Shown: piece by piece, positions 1 to 8,478 of the stretch
Position numbering within the stretch: the stretch's first letter is position 1
Layout: each line of letters begins with the position of its first letter
Assembly: GCA_034436115.1 (NCBI GenBank)
Contig: DAOTVY010000015.1
Coordinates: 19,276-83,275 of the forward strand
Origin: Chloroflexia bacterium
GTDB taxonomy: Bacteria; Chloroflexota; Chloroflexia; DTKN01
Length of the DNA stretch: 64,000 bases
Direction: 5' to 3'
Notes under the pieces: generated by a model
Database searches by the model: none
The model's input: only the letters and a program-made list of their open reading frames with translations
Told to the model about the DNA's origin: nothing
Translations under genes and position numbers: made by a program

Positions 1-731
1 AACCGTCCGTCCGGCCGGTGCATCGGGCCGGCGATGACCAGGCCGACATCCTCTCCTGGGTGACGCGCGTGCCAGCGGGCAAAGGCAGCGAACAATCCGG
101 GCAGTCCCTTGCGCCGGTCGGTATCTCCCAGGTACAGGATAAAACGCTTGGGCAGATGGTAGCGCGTTCGCACGGCCTCGATTGCTTCGGGCGCTGCCCG
201 ACGCATTTCCGGGCCGGCCGCCTCATAGGTCACACGAACGCGCTCACGCGGTATCTTGAGCCAGCGCACGATGTCCTGCGCGGTATGTTCGGACACCGCG
301 ATGAGCAAAGAGGCGCGGCGGGTCGCCTGGATATCGAGCCAGGTGTAGGCGCGCTTGCGCAGGTTGCCCCGGTAGGCAGGGAGAAGCCAGGGGATGAGGT
401 CGTGCACTGTGACCACCACCGGCACGGGCGAAAAGAGAGGAGGGGCCAGATACGGAACGTGCAGGAGGTCGATTCCCAGCCGTCGCGCAGCTACCGGCAG
501 CGCCACCTGCTCGAACCACAGCTTGGCCGGCCGGCCCGGTGGGAGGGCACGCAAGTTCAGCTCAACTGTCGGCAACGGGGGTCTTCGGCTGCCAAACGCC
601 CCCCTTTCGCCAATGAGCACAAAGTCGTGAGGGAAGGAAAGTTCGGCCAGCTCGGATACCAGATGCCTCAAGTACTGGCCCGACCCAGACGTGTAGAGGG
701 GCCAGAAGTGTGCACTGATGCCGATGCGCAT
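1..731 (-). CDS. Glycosyltransferase family 4 (GT-B), 3' end runs off the window
   Basis: Manual translation from ATG at 731: MRIGISAHFWPLYTSGSGQYLRHLV...DLLHVPY...VVTVHDLIP...LIAVSEHTAQDI...FILYLGDTDRRKGL, typical GT4 motifs. Absent from the ORF track because no stop falls inside the window. Confidence 0.9.
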   Translation of the reverse strand, partial: MRIGISAHFWPLYTSGSGQYLRHLVSELAELSFPHDFVLIGERGAFGSRRPPLPTVELNLRALPPGRPAKLWFEQVALPVAARRLGIDLLHVPYLAPPLFSPVPVVVTVHDLIPWLLPAYRGNLRKRAYTWLDIQATRRASLLIAVSEHTAQDIVRWLKIPRERVRVTYEAAGPEMRRAAPEAIEAVRTRYHLPKRFILYLGDTDRRKGLPGLFAAFARWHARHPGEDVGLVIAGPMHRPDGR

Positions 732-811
732 CCGCGCGTATCCTTCAGCGTGGTGTCCCAGATTCCCCCGCCCCCGCAGGGTGCGAGGGCAAGGGAATCC
801 CTCCCGGAGCG

Positions 812-3040
812 TCAACGGCGCGGTGGCCGGCGCCGTTCCCGCTCTGCGGGCGCGCGTGGGCGCGTCGGTGCCGGCCCGTGCTTGCGGGCGACCGCTTTGC
901 CCGGCGCTTCCCCGGTCAGGACCGCGCGGCGCGAGAGCGAGATCTTGCCATCGGGATCGATGTCGGTCACCATAACGTTGATTTCGTCCCCCACGCGCAC
1001 GACATCTTCGACGCGCTCTACCCGTTGTACGTCCAATTCGGAGACGTGCACCATGCCGTCCCGATTGGGCAGGATATTCACGAAAGCGCCATAAGGCATG
1101 ATCCGGACGACCTTGCCCAGGTATACGTCGCCAACCTTCGGCTCGCGGGTGAGCTGTTCGATCATGCGGATCGCCGTATGGGCACCCTGGGCGTCGGCCG
1201 TGGTGATAAAGACCGAACCATCGTCCTCGACGTCGATTTCTGCGCCCGAAGCCTCGATGATCGACCGGATCATCTTGCCACCCGGGCCGATGACGGCGCC
1301 GATCTTTTCGGGGTCGATATGCAGTTTCACGATGCGCGGCGCGTGGGGAGCCAGGTCGGGGCGCGGCCGGCTCAGCACCGCGTTCATCCTCTCCAACACC
1401 TTCAGGCGGGCCTCCCGAGCCTGAGCAAACGCTTCACCAAGGATCTGCAGTGGAAGCCCCTGGATCTTGAGGTCCATCTGGATGGCGGTTATGCCTTTCT
1501 CTGTGCCAGCGATCTTCAGGTCCATATCGCCCAGCGCGTCCTCCACCCCCTGAATGTCCGTCAAGATCACGTACCCGTCTTCGCCGCTGATCAAGCCCAG
1601 CGCGATCCCTGCTACCGGGGCACGGATTGGCACACCCGCATCCATCAAGGCGAGCGAGCTTCCGCACACGGACGCCATCGAGCTCGACCCGTTGCTCGAA
1701 AGCACTTCGGACACGACGCGGATCGCGTAAGGAAACTCGTCCTCGCTCGGCAACACGCCCATGAGCGCCCGTTCCGCCAGGGCGCCATGTCCGATGTCGC
1801 GCCGCCTGGGAGCCTGCATCGGGCGCACCTCGCCGGTGCAGTAGGGCGGGAAGTTGTAGTGGTGCATGTAGCGTTTCTCGGAGACGATCCCCAAATCGTC
1901 CAGGCTCTGCACATCCCCCGGGGCGCCCAACGTCGTCACCGAGAGCACCTGCGTCTGTCCACGCGTAAAGAGCGCCGAGCCGTGGGCCCGTGGCAACACC
2001 CCCACGAGCGCCGAAATCGGCCGAATGTCCCGGGGACCGCGACCGTCAGGGCGCTCGCCCGTTTCCAGGATGGATCGGCGCAGTTCGTCCTTTAGGAGAC
2101 GATCGAAGATCGCCGCGGCCTCACGCGCGTTACGCAGCGCTTCCGCTTCATCGGTTCCCTGACCGAAGGTGGCGATCGTCTCCTCGCGCAATGCGTTCGT
2201 CGCCGCTTCGCGTTCCTGTTTCACCTCGTGGTGGAGTGCGTCATAGATGCGAGAGCCCAGCCAAGCGCGGATCTCCTCGACGCGCTCCGGACGGATATCC
2301 TCCAGCACTACCGGACGCTTGGGCTTTCCGACGCGGGCCGCGATCTCCTTTTGCATCTGCAGGACCGGCTGCATCGCCTCGTGGGCCAGGCGGATTGCCT
2401 CCAGTACCTGATCCTCGGGCATCTGGTCCGCGTCGCCTTCGACCATCACCACGCTCTCTTCCACGCCCGCAACGACGAGGTCCAGGCTGCTTTCGTTCTC
2501 GACCTGCGGCATCGTGGGGTTGATTACGTAAGAGCCATCGATGTACCCGACACGCACTGCCGCAACGGGTCCGGCGAACGGCACGTCCGAGATCATCAGC
2601 GCGGTCGAAGCGGCGATCGTGCCCAGGGTATCGGGTGCATTCTGCTGATCGGCGGAAAGGACCGTGATCACCACCTGCACGTCGTTGCGGAACCCTTTCG
2701 GGAAAAGGGGGCGGAGGGGTCGGTCAGTCAGACGGGCAGCCAGAATGGCGGCCTCTCCGGGCCGTCCCTCGCGCCGGAAGAAGCTCCCGGGGATCTTGCC
2801 GGCGGCATACATCTTTTCCTCAAAGTCCACGAGCAATGGAAAAAAGTCGATCCCCTCCCGGGGCTGCTCCGAGGCGACAACGGTGGCCAAGACCACGGTG
2901 TCCCCGTAGCGAGCGAGGACCGCGCCGTTGGCCTGTTCGGCCACATGGCCCGTCTCGATGCGCAGGAGCCTTCCCGCCCATTGCAGGTCAAACCGGTGGG
3001 CGATCCGCTCGCCCACTGTGAACGTCTCGTACTCCAGCAT
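812..3040 (-). CDS. pnp: Polyribonucleotide nucleotidyltransferase (PNPase)
   Basis: 742 aa; two RNase PH domains (FFRREGRP, RRDIGHGALAERAL, SNGSSSMASVCG), then KH (IGAVIGPGGKMIR) and S1 domains; downstream of rpsO. Confidence 0.98.
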   Translation of the reverse strand: MLEYETFTVGERIAHRFDLQWAGRLLRIETGHVAEQANGAVLARYGDTVVLATVVASEQPREGIDFFPLLVDFEEKMYAAGKIPGSFFRREGRPGEAAILAARLTDRPLRPLFPKGFRNDVQVVITVLSADQQNAPDTLGTIAASTALMISDVPFAGPVAAVRVGYIDGSYVINPTMPQVENESSLDLVVAGVEESVVMVEGDADQMPEDQVLEAIRLAHEAMQPVLQMQKEIAARVGKPKRPVVLEDIRPERVEEIRAWLGSRIYDALHHEVKQEREAATNALREETIATFGQGTDEAEALRNAREAAAIFDRLLKDELRRSILETGERPDGRGPRDIRPISALVGVLPRAHGSALFTRGQTQVLSVTTLGAPGDVQSLDDLGIVSEKRYMHHYNFPPYCTGEVRPMQAPRRRDIGHGALAERALMGVLPSEDEFPYAIRVVSEVLSSNGSSSMASVCGSSLALMDAGVPIRAPVAGIALGLISGEDGYVILTDIQGVEDALGDMDLKIAGTEKGITAIQMDLKIQGLPLQILGEAFAQAREARLKVLERMNAVLSRPRPDLAPHAPRIVKLHIDPEKIGAVIGPGGKMIRSIIEASGAEIDVEDDGSVFITTADAQGAHTAIRMIEQLTREPKVGDVYLGKVVRIMPYGAFVNILPNRDGMVHVSELDVQRVERVEDVVRVGDEINVMVTDIDPDGKISLSRRAVLTGEAPGKAVARKHGPAPTRPRAPAERERRRPPRR

Positions 3041-3090
3041 GGTTGTTCCCTCCTATGGTTCCCTTCGTGGGCCGAAGCGGAAGTGGCGGG

Positions 3091-3224
3091 CTGGCAGGGG
3101 CTCCTGCCCCTCAAAGCGGTTGGGAGGGCGCGTCCGGGAGGTTAGGCACTGGGGACCGCCCCTCAGGGAATGCCCTGGGAAGCGCTCGCCAATCCCTAAC
3201 ACCCCCGGATCGAACCCCTGCCAG
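3091..3224 (-). promoter_or_regulatory. Long stem-loop in the rpsO-pnp intergenic leader (candidate RNase III / autoregulatory element)
   Basis: Perfect 10-bp inverted repeat CTGGCAGGGG (3091-3100) / CCCCTGCCAG (3215-3224) with a nested GTTAGG/CCTAAC pair. Confidence 0.5.
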
Positions 3225-3250
3225 ATGCTTTACGATGCCTCCGTTCGGCA

Positions 3251-3284
3251 AACAATAACCCCCACTGCACCTGCTGTGGGGGTT
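3251..3284 (-). terminator. Intrinsic terminator after rpsO
   Basis: 9-bp stem AACCCCCAC/GTGGGGGTT followed on the minus strand by ATTGTTT. Confidence 0.65.
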
Positions 3285-3307
3285 GCCCACTGCCTGTCTA
3301 TCCCGGC

Positions 3308-3577
3308 CTACTTGCGCAGGCCCAGCCGTGAGATGACATCCCGGTACCGTTCCAGGTTCCTCCGGCGCAAGTATGCCAAGAGCCGGCGTCGGCGGCCAAC
3401 CAGCTTCAAGAGCCCACGACGTGAATGGTGATCGTGGACATTTGCCTTCAAATGCTCTGTCAACTGGTTGATCCGTTCCGTCAACAGCGCAACCTGCACC
3501 TCAGGGGAACCGGTATCCGCACTATGAGTCTGAAACTGCTGAATGATCTGAGTTTTCTCCTCACGCTGCAAAGACAC
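3308..3577 (-). CDS. rpsO: 30S ribosomal protein S15
   Basis: 89 aa; [39 protein letters not shown]-terminal LGLRK; GTG start with GGAGG RBS. Confidence 0.99.
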   Translation of the reverse strand: MSLQREEKTQIIQQFQTHSADTGSPEVQVALLTERINQLTEHLKANVHDHHSRRGLLKLVGRRRRLLAYLRRRNLERYRDVISRLGLRK

Positions 3578-3622
3578 CGCAAGCCTCCTCCGGCCAGTCC
3601 AGGGAACCCTTCTTTGCTAAAT

Positions 3623-3651
3623 ATTATACCACAGGCTCCAACGGAATGCAA
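3623..3651 (-). promoter_or_regulatory. sigma70-type promoter of rpsO
   Basis: TTGCAT-17 bp-TATAAT with extended -10 TG. Confidence 0.8.
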
Positions 3652-3813
3652 ATACGCGCCCCGGCGGCTCCCTTTGCCGGACCTAGACAGCCACGCCCCG
3701 CAGAGCGGCACACCCGTCCACAAGTGTGCAGAGGCCGTGACGACTCGGGGCTCGACCGACCAACCTGCAGGAACCGGTGGAATCGCACCCTATGGCCCCA
3801 GCGCGGGCGATCC

Positions 3814-5178
3814 TTACGGAACGCCCTCCTCCCGTCCCTGAGCCCGGGATCCGGTTTCGCGCGAAAGGATCCGCTCCGCGATGATTTCGGCGAGGCCGGG
3901 CCGGGTGAGTTCCTCCAGTTCGTAGCGCACCCGCACCGTTGGCTTGTCGACTTGGAGCAACCGGCCCAGGTTGATCGGCGTGGCAACGACCACCACGTCA
4001 CAGGGCACCGCGCGGATGGTCCGCTCGAGATCCCGGATCTGCCGCTCGCCGTACCCCATGGCGGGCAACAATGGCCCAATATGCGGGTACTTCAGGAAGG
4101 CCTCGGCGATGGAACCGGTGCCGTAAGGGCGCGGGTCGACGATTTCCGCGGCACCGAAGCGCCGCGCCGCCACGATCCCGGCACCGAAGCTCATCTCTCC
4201 GTGGGTCAGCGTGGGACCGTCCTCGACCACGAGCACCCGTCGTCCGCGGATACGCTCGGGATCGTCGACGATCACCGGCGAGTTCGCCTCGATGATCAGG
4301 GCTCGTGGGTTCACGCGGGCAATGTTGGCCCGCACCGTTTCCACGTCCTTCCGATCGGCCGTGTCCACCTTGTTGATGACAACGACATCGGCCAGGCGAA
4401 GGTTGGCCTCCCCAGGATGGTAGGTGAGTTCGTGACCGGCCCGGTGCGGGTCAGCCACGACGATGTGCAGATCGGGCCGAAAGAACGGCAGATCGTTGTT
4501 TCCCCCGTCCCACACGAGCACCTCGGCTTCTTCCTGTGCGCGCTCCAGGATTTCCTGATAGTCCACGCCGGCGTAGACGACCACACCACGGTCCAGATGG
4601 GGTTCGTATTCCTCGCGTTCCTCGATCGTGCAGCCGTAACGTGCCAGATCGTCGTAGCTGGCGAAACGCTGCCAGACCTGCTCCTCCAGCCGGCCGTAGG
4701 GCATCGGGTGGCGAACCACTACCGTGCGCTTCCCCGCCTGTCGGAGGATCTCGGTGACCCGGCGCGTCGTCTGACTCTTTCCACACCCAGTGCGCACCGC
4801 GCACACGGCGATGACGGGGCGAGCGGCCTGGAGCATGGTGTGCCGGCCCCCGAGTAAGCGAAAGTCTGCACCCGCAGCCAGAGCGAGCGAAGCGCGATGC
4901 ATGACGTATTCGTGAGAGACATCGCTGTAGGCAAAGACGACCTCGTCCGCCCGCGACTCCTGGATCAGACGCGGGAGCTCCTCTTCTGGAAAGATCGGGA
5001 TGCCCTGGGGGTAGAGCGGCCCGGCAAGCACCGGCGGATAGGTACGGCCCTCGATGTCCGGAATCTGGGCGGCGGTGAACGCGACCACCTCGTACTCCGG
5101 CCGGTTGCGGTAATAGGTGTTAAAGTTGTGAAAGTCACGCCCAGCGGCACCCAGGATGATCACACGCGTCCTTGCCAT
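3814..5178 (-). CDS. P-loop ligase of the cyclic 2,3-diphosphoglycerate synthetase / arginine synthetase (ArcE-like) family
   Basis: N-terminus MARTRVIILGAAGRDFHNFN, P-loop VRTGCGKSQTTR, VWDGGNNDLPF, EDGPTLTHGEM; ATG at 5178 behind GAGGAGGTG. Confidence 0.75.
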   Translation of the reverse strand: MARTRVIILGAAGRDFHNFNTYYRNRPEYEVVAFTAAQIPDIEGRTYPPVLAGPLYPQGIPIFPEEELPRLIQESRADEVVFAYSDVSHEYVMHRASLALAAGADFRLLGGRHTMLQAARPVIAVCAVRTGCGKSQTTRRVTEILRQAGKRTVVVRHPMPYGRLEEQVWQRFASYDDLARYGCTIEEREEYEPHLDRGVVVYAGVDYQEILERAQEEAEVLVWDGGNNDLPFFRPDLHIVVADPHRAGHELTYHPGEANLRLADVVVINKVDTADRKDVETVRANIARVNPRALIIEANSPVIVDDPERIRGRRVLVVEDGPTLTHGEMSFGAGIVAARRFGAAEIVDPRPYGTGSIAEAFLKYPHIGPLLPAMGYGERQIRDLERTIRAVPCDVVVVATPINLGRLLQVDKPTVRVRYELEELTRPGLAEIIAERILSRETGSRAQGREEGVP

Positions 5179-5246
5179 ACAGAACACCTCCTCGTGCCGG
5201 TTTCCCGGTTCGCCTGTCGTCCGAAGGAGCTTGGCGAAGCGCGCGT

Positions 5247-5275
5247 ATTATAGCACACCCCCCTACCTTCGGCAA
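5247..5275 (-). promoter_or_regulatory. sigma70-type promoter of the ArcE-like gene
   Basis: TTGCCG-17-TATAAT with extended TG. Confidence 0.7.
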
Positions 5276-5379
5276 AGCGGCCAGAGGCCAGCGACTGGAG
5301 GTACGGGGTAGTGCCGTGAGGCGGGCAAACGCTCCGATGGAGGACTGGCGGCGGCCCCCTATAGAGCAAGCACCGGGGT

Positions 5380-5408
5380 TTGCGCGGGCTAGCCTTTTGT
5401 GCTATGAT
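5380..5408 (+). promoter_or_regulatory. sigma70-type promoter of the AIM24-DUF4910 operon
   Basis: TTGCGC-17-TATGAT with extended TG; divergent from the previous promoter. Confidence 0.6.
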
Positions 5409-5532
5409 GCCTTCGGCCGCCAAGGCGAAAGATTCCCTTCTAGGTACCTCGACGTAACACGAGGCAGGCGGGAATGGTCCGGGAGCGTCTCGGGCCCTGT
5501 CGGGAGAGGGATTCGGGTGGCGGAGGATAGCG

Positions 5533-6405
5533 ATGCGGTGTCCAGTCTGCGGAACGGAAAACCAGGAAGAGGCGCGGTTCTGTGTCGGTTGCGGCAGGCC
5601 GCTTACGAGCTCTGGGCCGGCCGAAAGCAAAGCGGTGGTGGCTGAAGCCCCCGCTCCGCCCGAAACCGTGGAGGGGAGCAGCGCCGCTGGATTGCGATAC
5701 CGGATTTTGGGCACTACGCTCCAAGCCCTGATCCTGGAGCTACAGCCGGGGCAGATCGTCTACAGCGAGGCCGGCGCGCTATCCTGGATGAGCGGCAACG
5801 TACAGATGGAGGCTACCTCGGGCGGTGGCCTGGGCAAGATGCTCGGCCGGCTGGTGACCGGGGAGTCGCTCTTTGTCGTCGAGTACCGGGCGATGAATGG
5901 CCCGGGACTGCTGGCCTTCTCCAACGAATTCCCCGGGAAGATCCTGCCCATCGAACTGGCCCCGCAGCAATCGCTCATTCTGCAAAAGGATGCGTTCCTT
6001 TGCGCCGAACAATCGGTCCAGATGTCGGTGCACTGGCAGAAGCGGCTCGGCGCGGGCTTGTTCGGCGGGGAGGGGTTCCTCCTCCAACGCCTCACCGGCC
6101 CGGGGCTCTTTTTCGCCGAGCTGGACGGCGAAACGGTCGAGTACATGCTGCAACCTCAGCAGGTGCTCCTTGTCGACCCTGGACACGTGGCCATGTTCGA
6201 ACCCACCGTGGGCTTTGACATCCAGATGGTACGCGGCATCAAGACCATGCTCTTCGGCGGCGAGGGGCTTTTCTTGGCCCATCTGACTGGCCCGGGACGC
6301 GTGTGGCTCCAGACGATGCCGATGACCAACCTCGTGCAAGCAGTAGCCCGTTACCTGCCCCGAGAGGGCGGCAGTCGAGGTGTACAGATTCGCCTTGGAG
6401 GCTAG
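5533..6405 (+). CDS. Zinc-ribbon plus AIM24/TIGR00266-family protein
   Basis: N-terminal CPVC...CVGC ribbon; AIM24 repeats GESLFVVEY, LFGGEGFLLQRLTGPG, GPGRVWLQTMP; GGAGG RBS. Confidence 0.85.
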   Translation: MRCPVCGTENQEEARFCVGCGRPLTSSGPAESKAVVAEAPAPPETVEGSSAAGLRYRILGTTLQALILELQPGQIVYSEAGALSWMSGNVQMEATSGGGLGKMLGRLVTGESLFVVEYRAMNGPGLLAFSNEFPGKILPIELAPQQSLILQKDAFLCAEQSVQMSVHWQKRLGAGLFGGEGFLLQRLTGPGLFFAELDGETVEYMLQPQQVLLVDPGHVAMFEPTVGFDIQMVRGIKTMLFGGEGLFLAHLTGPGRVWLQTMPMTNLVQAVARYLPREGGSRGVQIRLGG

Positions 6406-6407
6406 GA

Positions 6408-8435
6408 ATGCTCGGGCCAACCATCCGACTTTTCCGCGAGGCAGTCTCGGGGAAGGCGGCCCTCCAGGATCTGGCGCAGATTGTCTCTTTCCACCGCATC
6501 CAGTCCAGCCCGGGGTTTCGGGAAGCCGCCCGTTTCTGCGCGAACCGCTTGCGCGACGCGGGCATCCCAGCGGAAATCGTCCCCTTCCCAGCCGATGGCG
6601 TGAGCGAGTTCTGGGGCTATCCGATCCCTCAGGAATGGAGCGCGCAATCGGCCGTCCTGCGCCTGGTATCCCCCAAGCAGGAGGCACGGGTGCTCGCCGA
6701 CTACCGGGAGGAGAAGATCGCCCTGATCCAACGGAGCTTGGGTACCCCCGCAGACGGGGTGGAAGCGGAGCTCGCCGTGCTGGAAGATGGTGAGGAAGAA
6801 GCCGAGTACGCAGGCCTGGACGTCCGAGGGAAGATCGTCCTCACGCGTGGAGATCTCGAGCGGGTGCGGGAGCTTGCCGTAGAGGCCTACGGCGCGGTCG
6901 GCATCGTCTACGATGGGATGCGGGAAGCCCCACCGGTGCGCCCGTGGATGAGCCTGGACGCGCGCCAGTATACCTCTTTCTGGTGGACTGAGGGGCAAAC
7001 CCGCTGCTTTGGCTTTGTCCTTTCCCCCCATCAGGGAGCCTGGTTGAGACGCCTGGCGAAAGCGGAAGCACAAGAAGGGCGGACCGTGCGGCTGCACGCG
7101 ACCGTGGACGCCTGCTTCTACGCGGGGCAGGCGGAAGTCGTGGAGGGGTTTCTTCCAGGCACGACGGACGAAGAAGTCTGGCTCGTCGCCCACCTGTGTC
7201 ATCCCCAGCCTTCGGCAAACGACAATGCTTCCGGGGTGGCAACGCTCCTGGAAGTCGCCCGCGCCCTCGCGTCACGGGTCGCCTCTGGAAAGCTCCCGCA
7301 GCCGCGGCGGGGACTGCGCTTTCTCCTGGTGCCGGAGATGACCGGGACGTACGCCTACCTGGCCAGCCACGAGGAGCTCATCCCGCGCGTGGTGGCCGCG
7401 CTGAACCTGGACATGGTCGGCGAGGACCAGGCCCAGTGCGGCAGCACGCTGAACCTGACGCAAGCGCCCCTCTCTGCCCCGAGCATCAGTGACGACTTGT
7501 TGGCGTTGATCTTGCAGGAAGTCGCGGTCGAAGGGGAAGGATTCATGGGCAGCACATCCTTCGCCCTTTTCCGCTGGACCGAGGCTGCGTTCTCCGCAGG
7601 GAGCGACCACTACATTCTCACCGACCCCACGGTGGGCATCCCCTGCCCGATGCTCCTCCAGTGGCCGGATCGCTTCTACCACACGAGCGCCGACACCATC
7701 GACAAGGTCGACCCGCAGATGTTGGCGCGCGTGGGCGTCGCGGCAGCGTGCTACCTGTGGTGGTTCGCGAGCGCAGGGCCGCGGGAAGCCACCTGGCTCG
7801 GGCATGCCATGCTGCGGCGGGCCGAGGCGCGGCTGGGGCAGATCGCCCAGAGATGGCTCGACCGGTTGCTCTCTGCCGACCCCCCGCCTTCGCAAGAGAC
7901 GCTCGCTGCGGAATGGATGCGGTTGCGCCGCAAGCTGGATCTGCTACTCGAGCACCGAATCGCTTCCTTCTCCCTCTTGGAGCGACTGGCGGACGGGCCG
8001 TTGCCTGGGCGTGCGGGTTGGGAACAGGACCTGACCGAGGCACGGCGCCGAGAAGAGGCCCGCGCCGAGGCGGCGTTGCGGGACCTTTTTCCGCACCTGC
8101 CTCTGGCGTCGTCCGAGCAGCCCCGCGACGAATGGGAAGGAAGAGCGGCCCGGATAGTGCCGCGCCGGCTACACCGGGGGCCGTTCTCGATCCGCAACCG
8201 CCTGCATCGACTCAGTCCCGAAGAACGCGAAAGCCTGCGCCCGCTGATGAAGGACCTCCGGAACTCCGTGGCGCCGACGCTTGCCCTGTACTGGGCGGAC
8301 GGGAAGCGCACGTTGTTGGAGATCGCGGACCGTGTGGAAGCCGAATGTGGGCAGCGGGACGTGCGGCGGTTGGTGGAGTACTTTGAACTCCTCTCACGGC
8401 TGGGTGGAGTCGCTTTGGAGGAGGTCCAGGAATAG
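6408..8435 (+). CDS. DUF4910 / M28-family peptidase-like protein with PA insert and C-terminal HTH-like tail
   Basis: AHLCHPQPSANDNASGVA, FLLVPEMTGT, LNLDMVG, GSDH, YHTSADT; C-terminal LYWADGKRTLLEIA; ATG 6408 two bases after the upstream stop. Confidence 0.8.
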   Translation: MLGPTIRLFREAVSGKAALQDLAQIVSFHRIQSSPGFREAARFCANRLRDAGIPAEIVPFPADGVSEFWGYPIPQEWSAQSAVLRLVSPKQEARVLADYREEKIALIQRSLGTPADGVEAELAVLEDGEEEAEYAGLDVRGKIVLTRGDLERVRELAVEAYGAVGIVYDGMREAPPVRPWMSLDARQYTSFWWTEGQTRCFGFVLSPHQGAWLRRLAKAEAQEGRTVRLHATVDACFYAGQAEVVEGFLPGTTDEEVWLVAHLCHPQPSANDNASGVATLLEVARALASRVASGKLPQPRRGLRFLLVPEMTGTYAYLASHEELIPRVVAALNLDMVGEDQAQCGSTLNLTQAPLSAPSISDDLLALILQEVAVEGEGFMGSTSFALFRWTEAAFSAGSDHYILTDPTVGIPCPMLLQWPDRFYHTSADTIDKVDPQMLARVGVAAACYLWWFASAGPREATWLGHAMLRRAEARLGQIAQRWLDRLLSADPPPSQETLAAEWMRLRRKLDLLLEHRIASFSLLERLADGPLPGRAGWEQDLTEARRREEARAEAALRDLFPHLPLASSEQPRDEWEGRAARIVPRRLHRGPFSIRNRLHRLSPEERESLRPLMKDLRNSVAPTLALYWADGKRTLLEIADRVEAECGQRDVRRLVEYFELLSRLGGVALEEVQE

Positions 8436-8478
8436 CGGACCCTCGGTTGCAGGCTTTGGACGAGTAGGCACGGGATGC

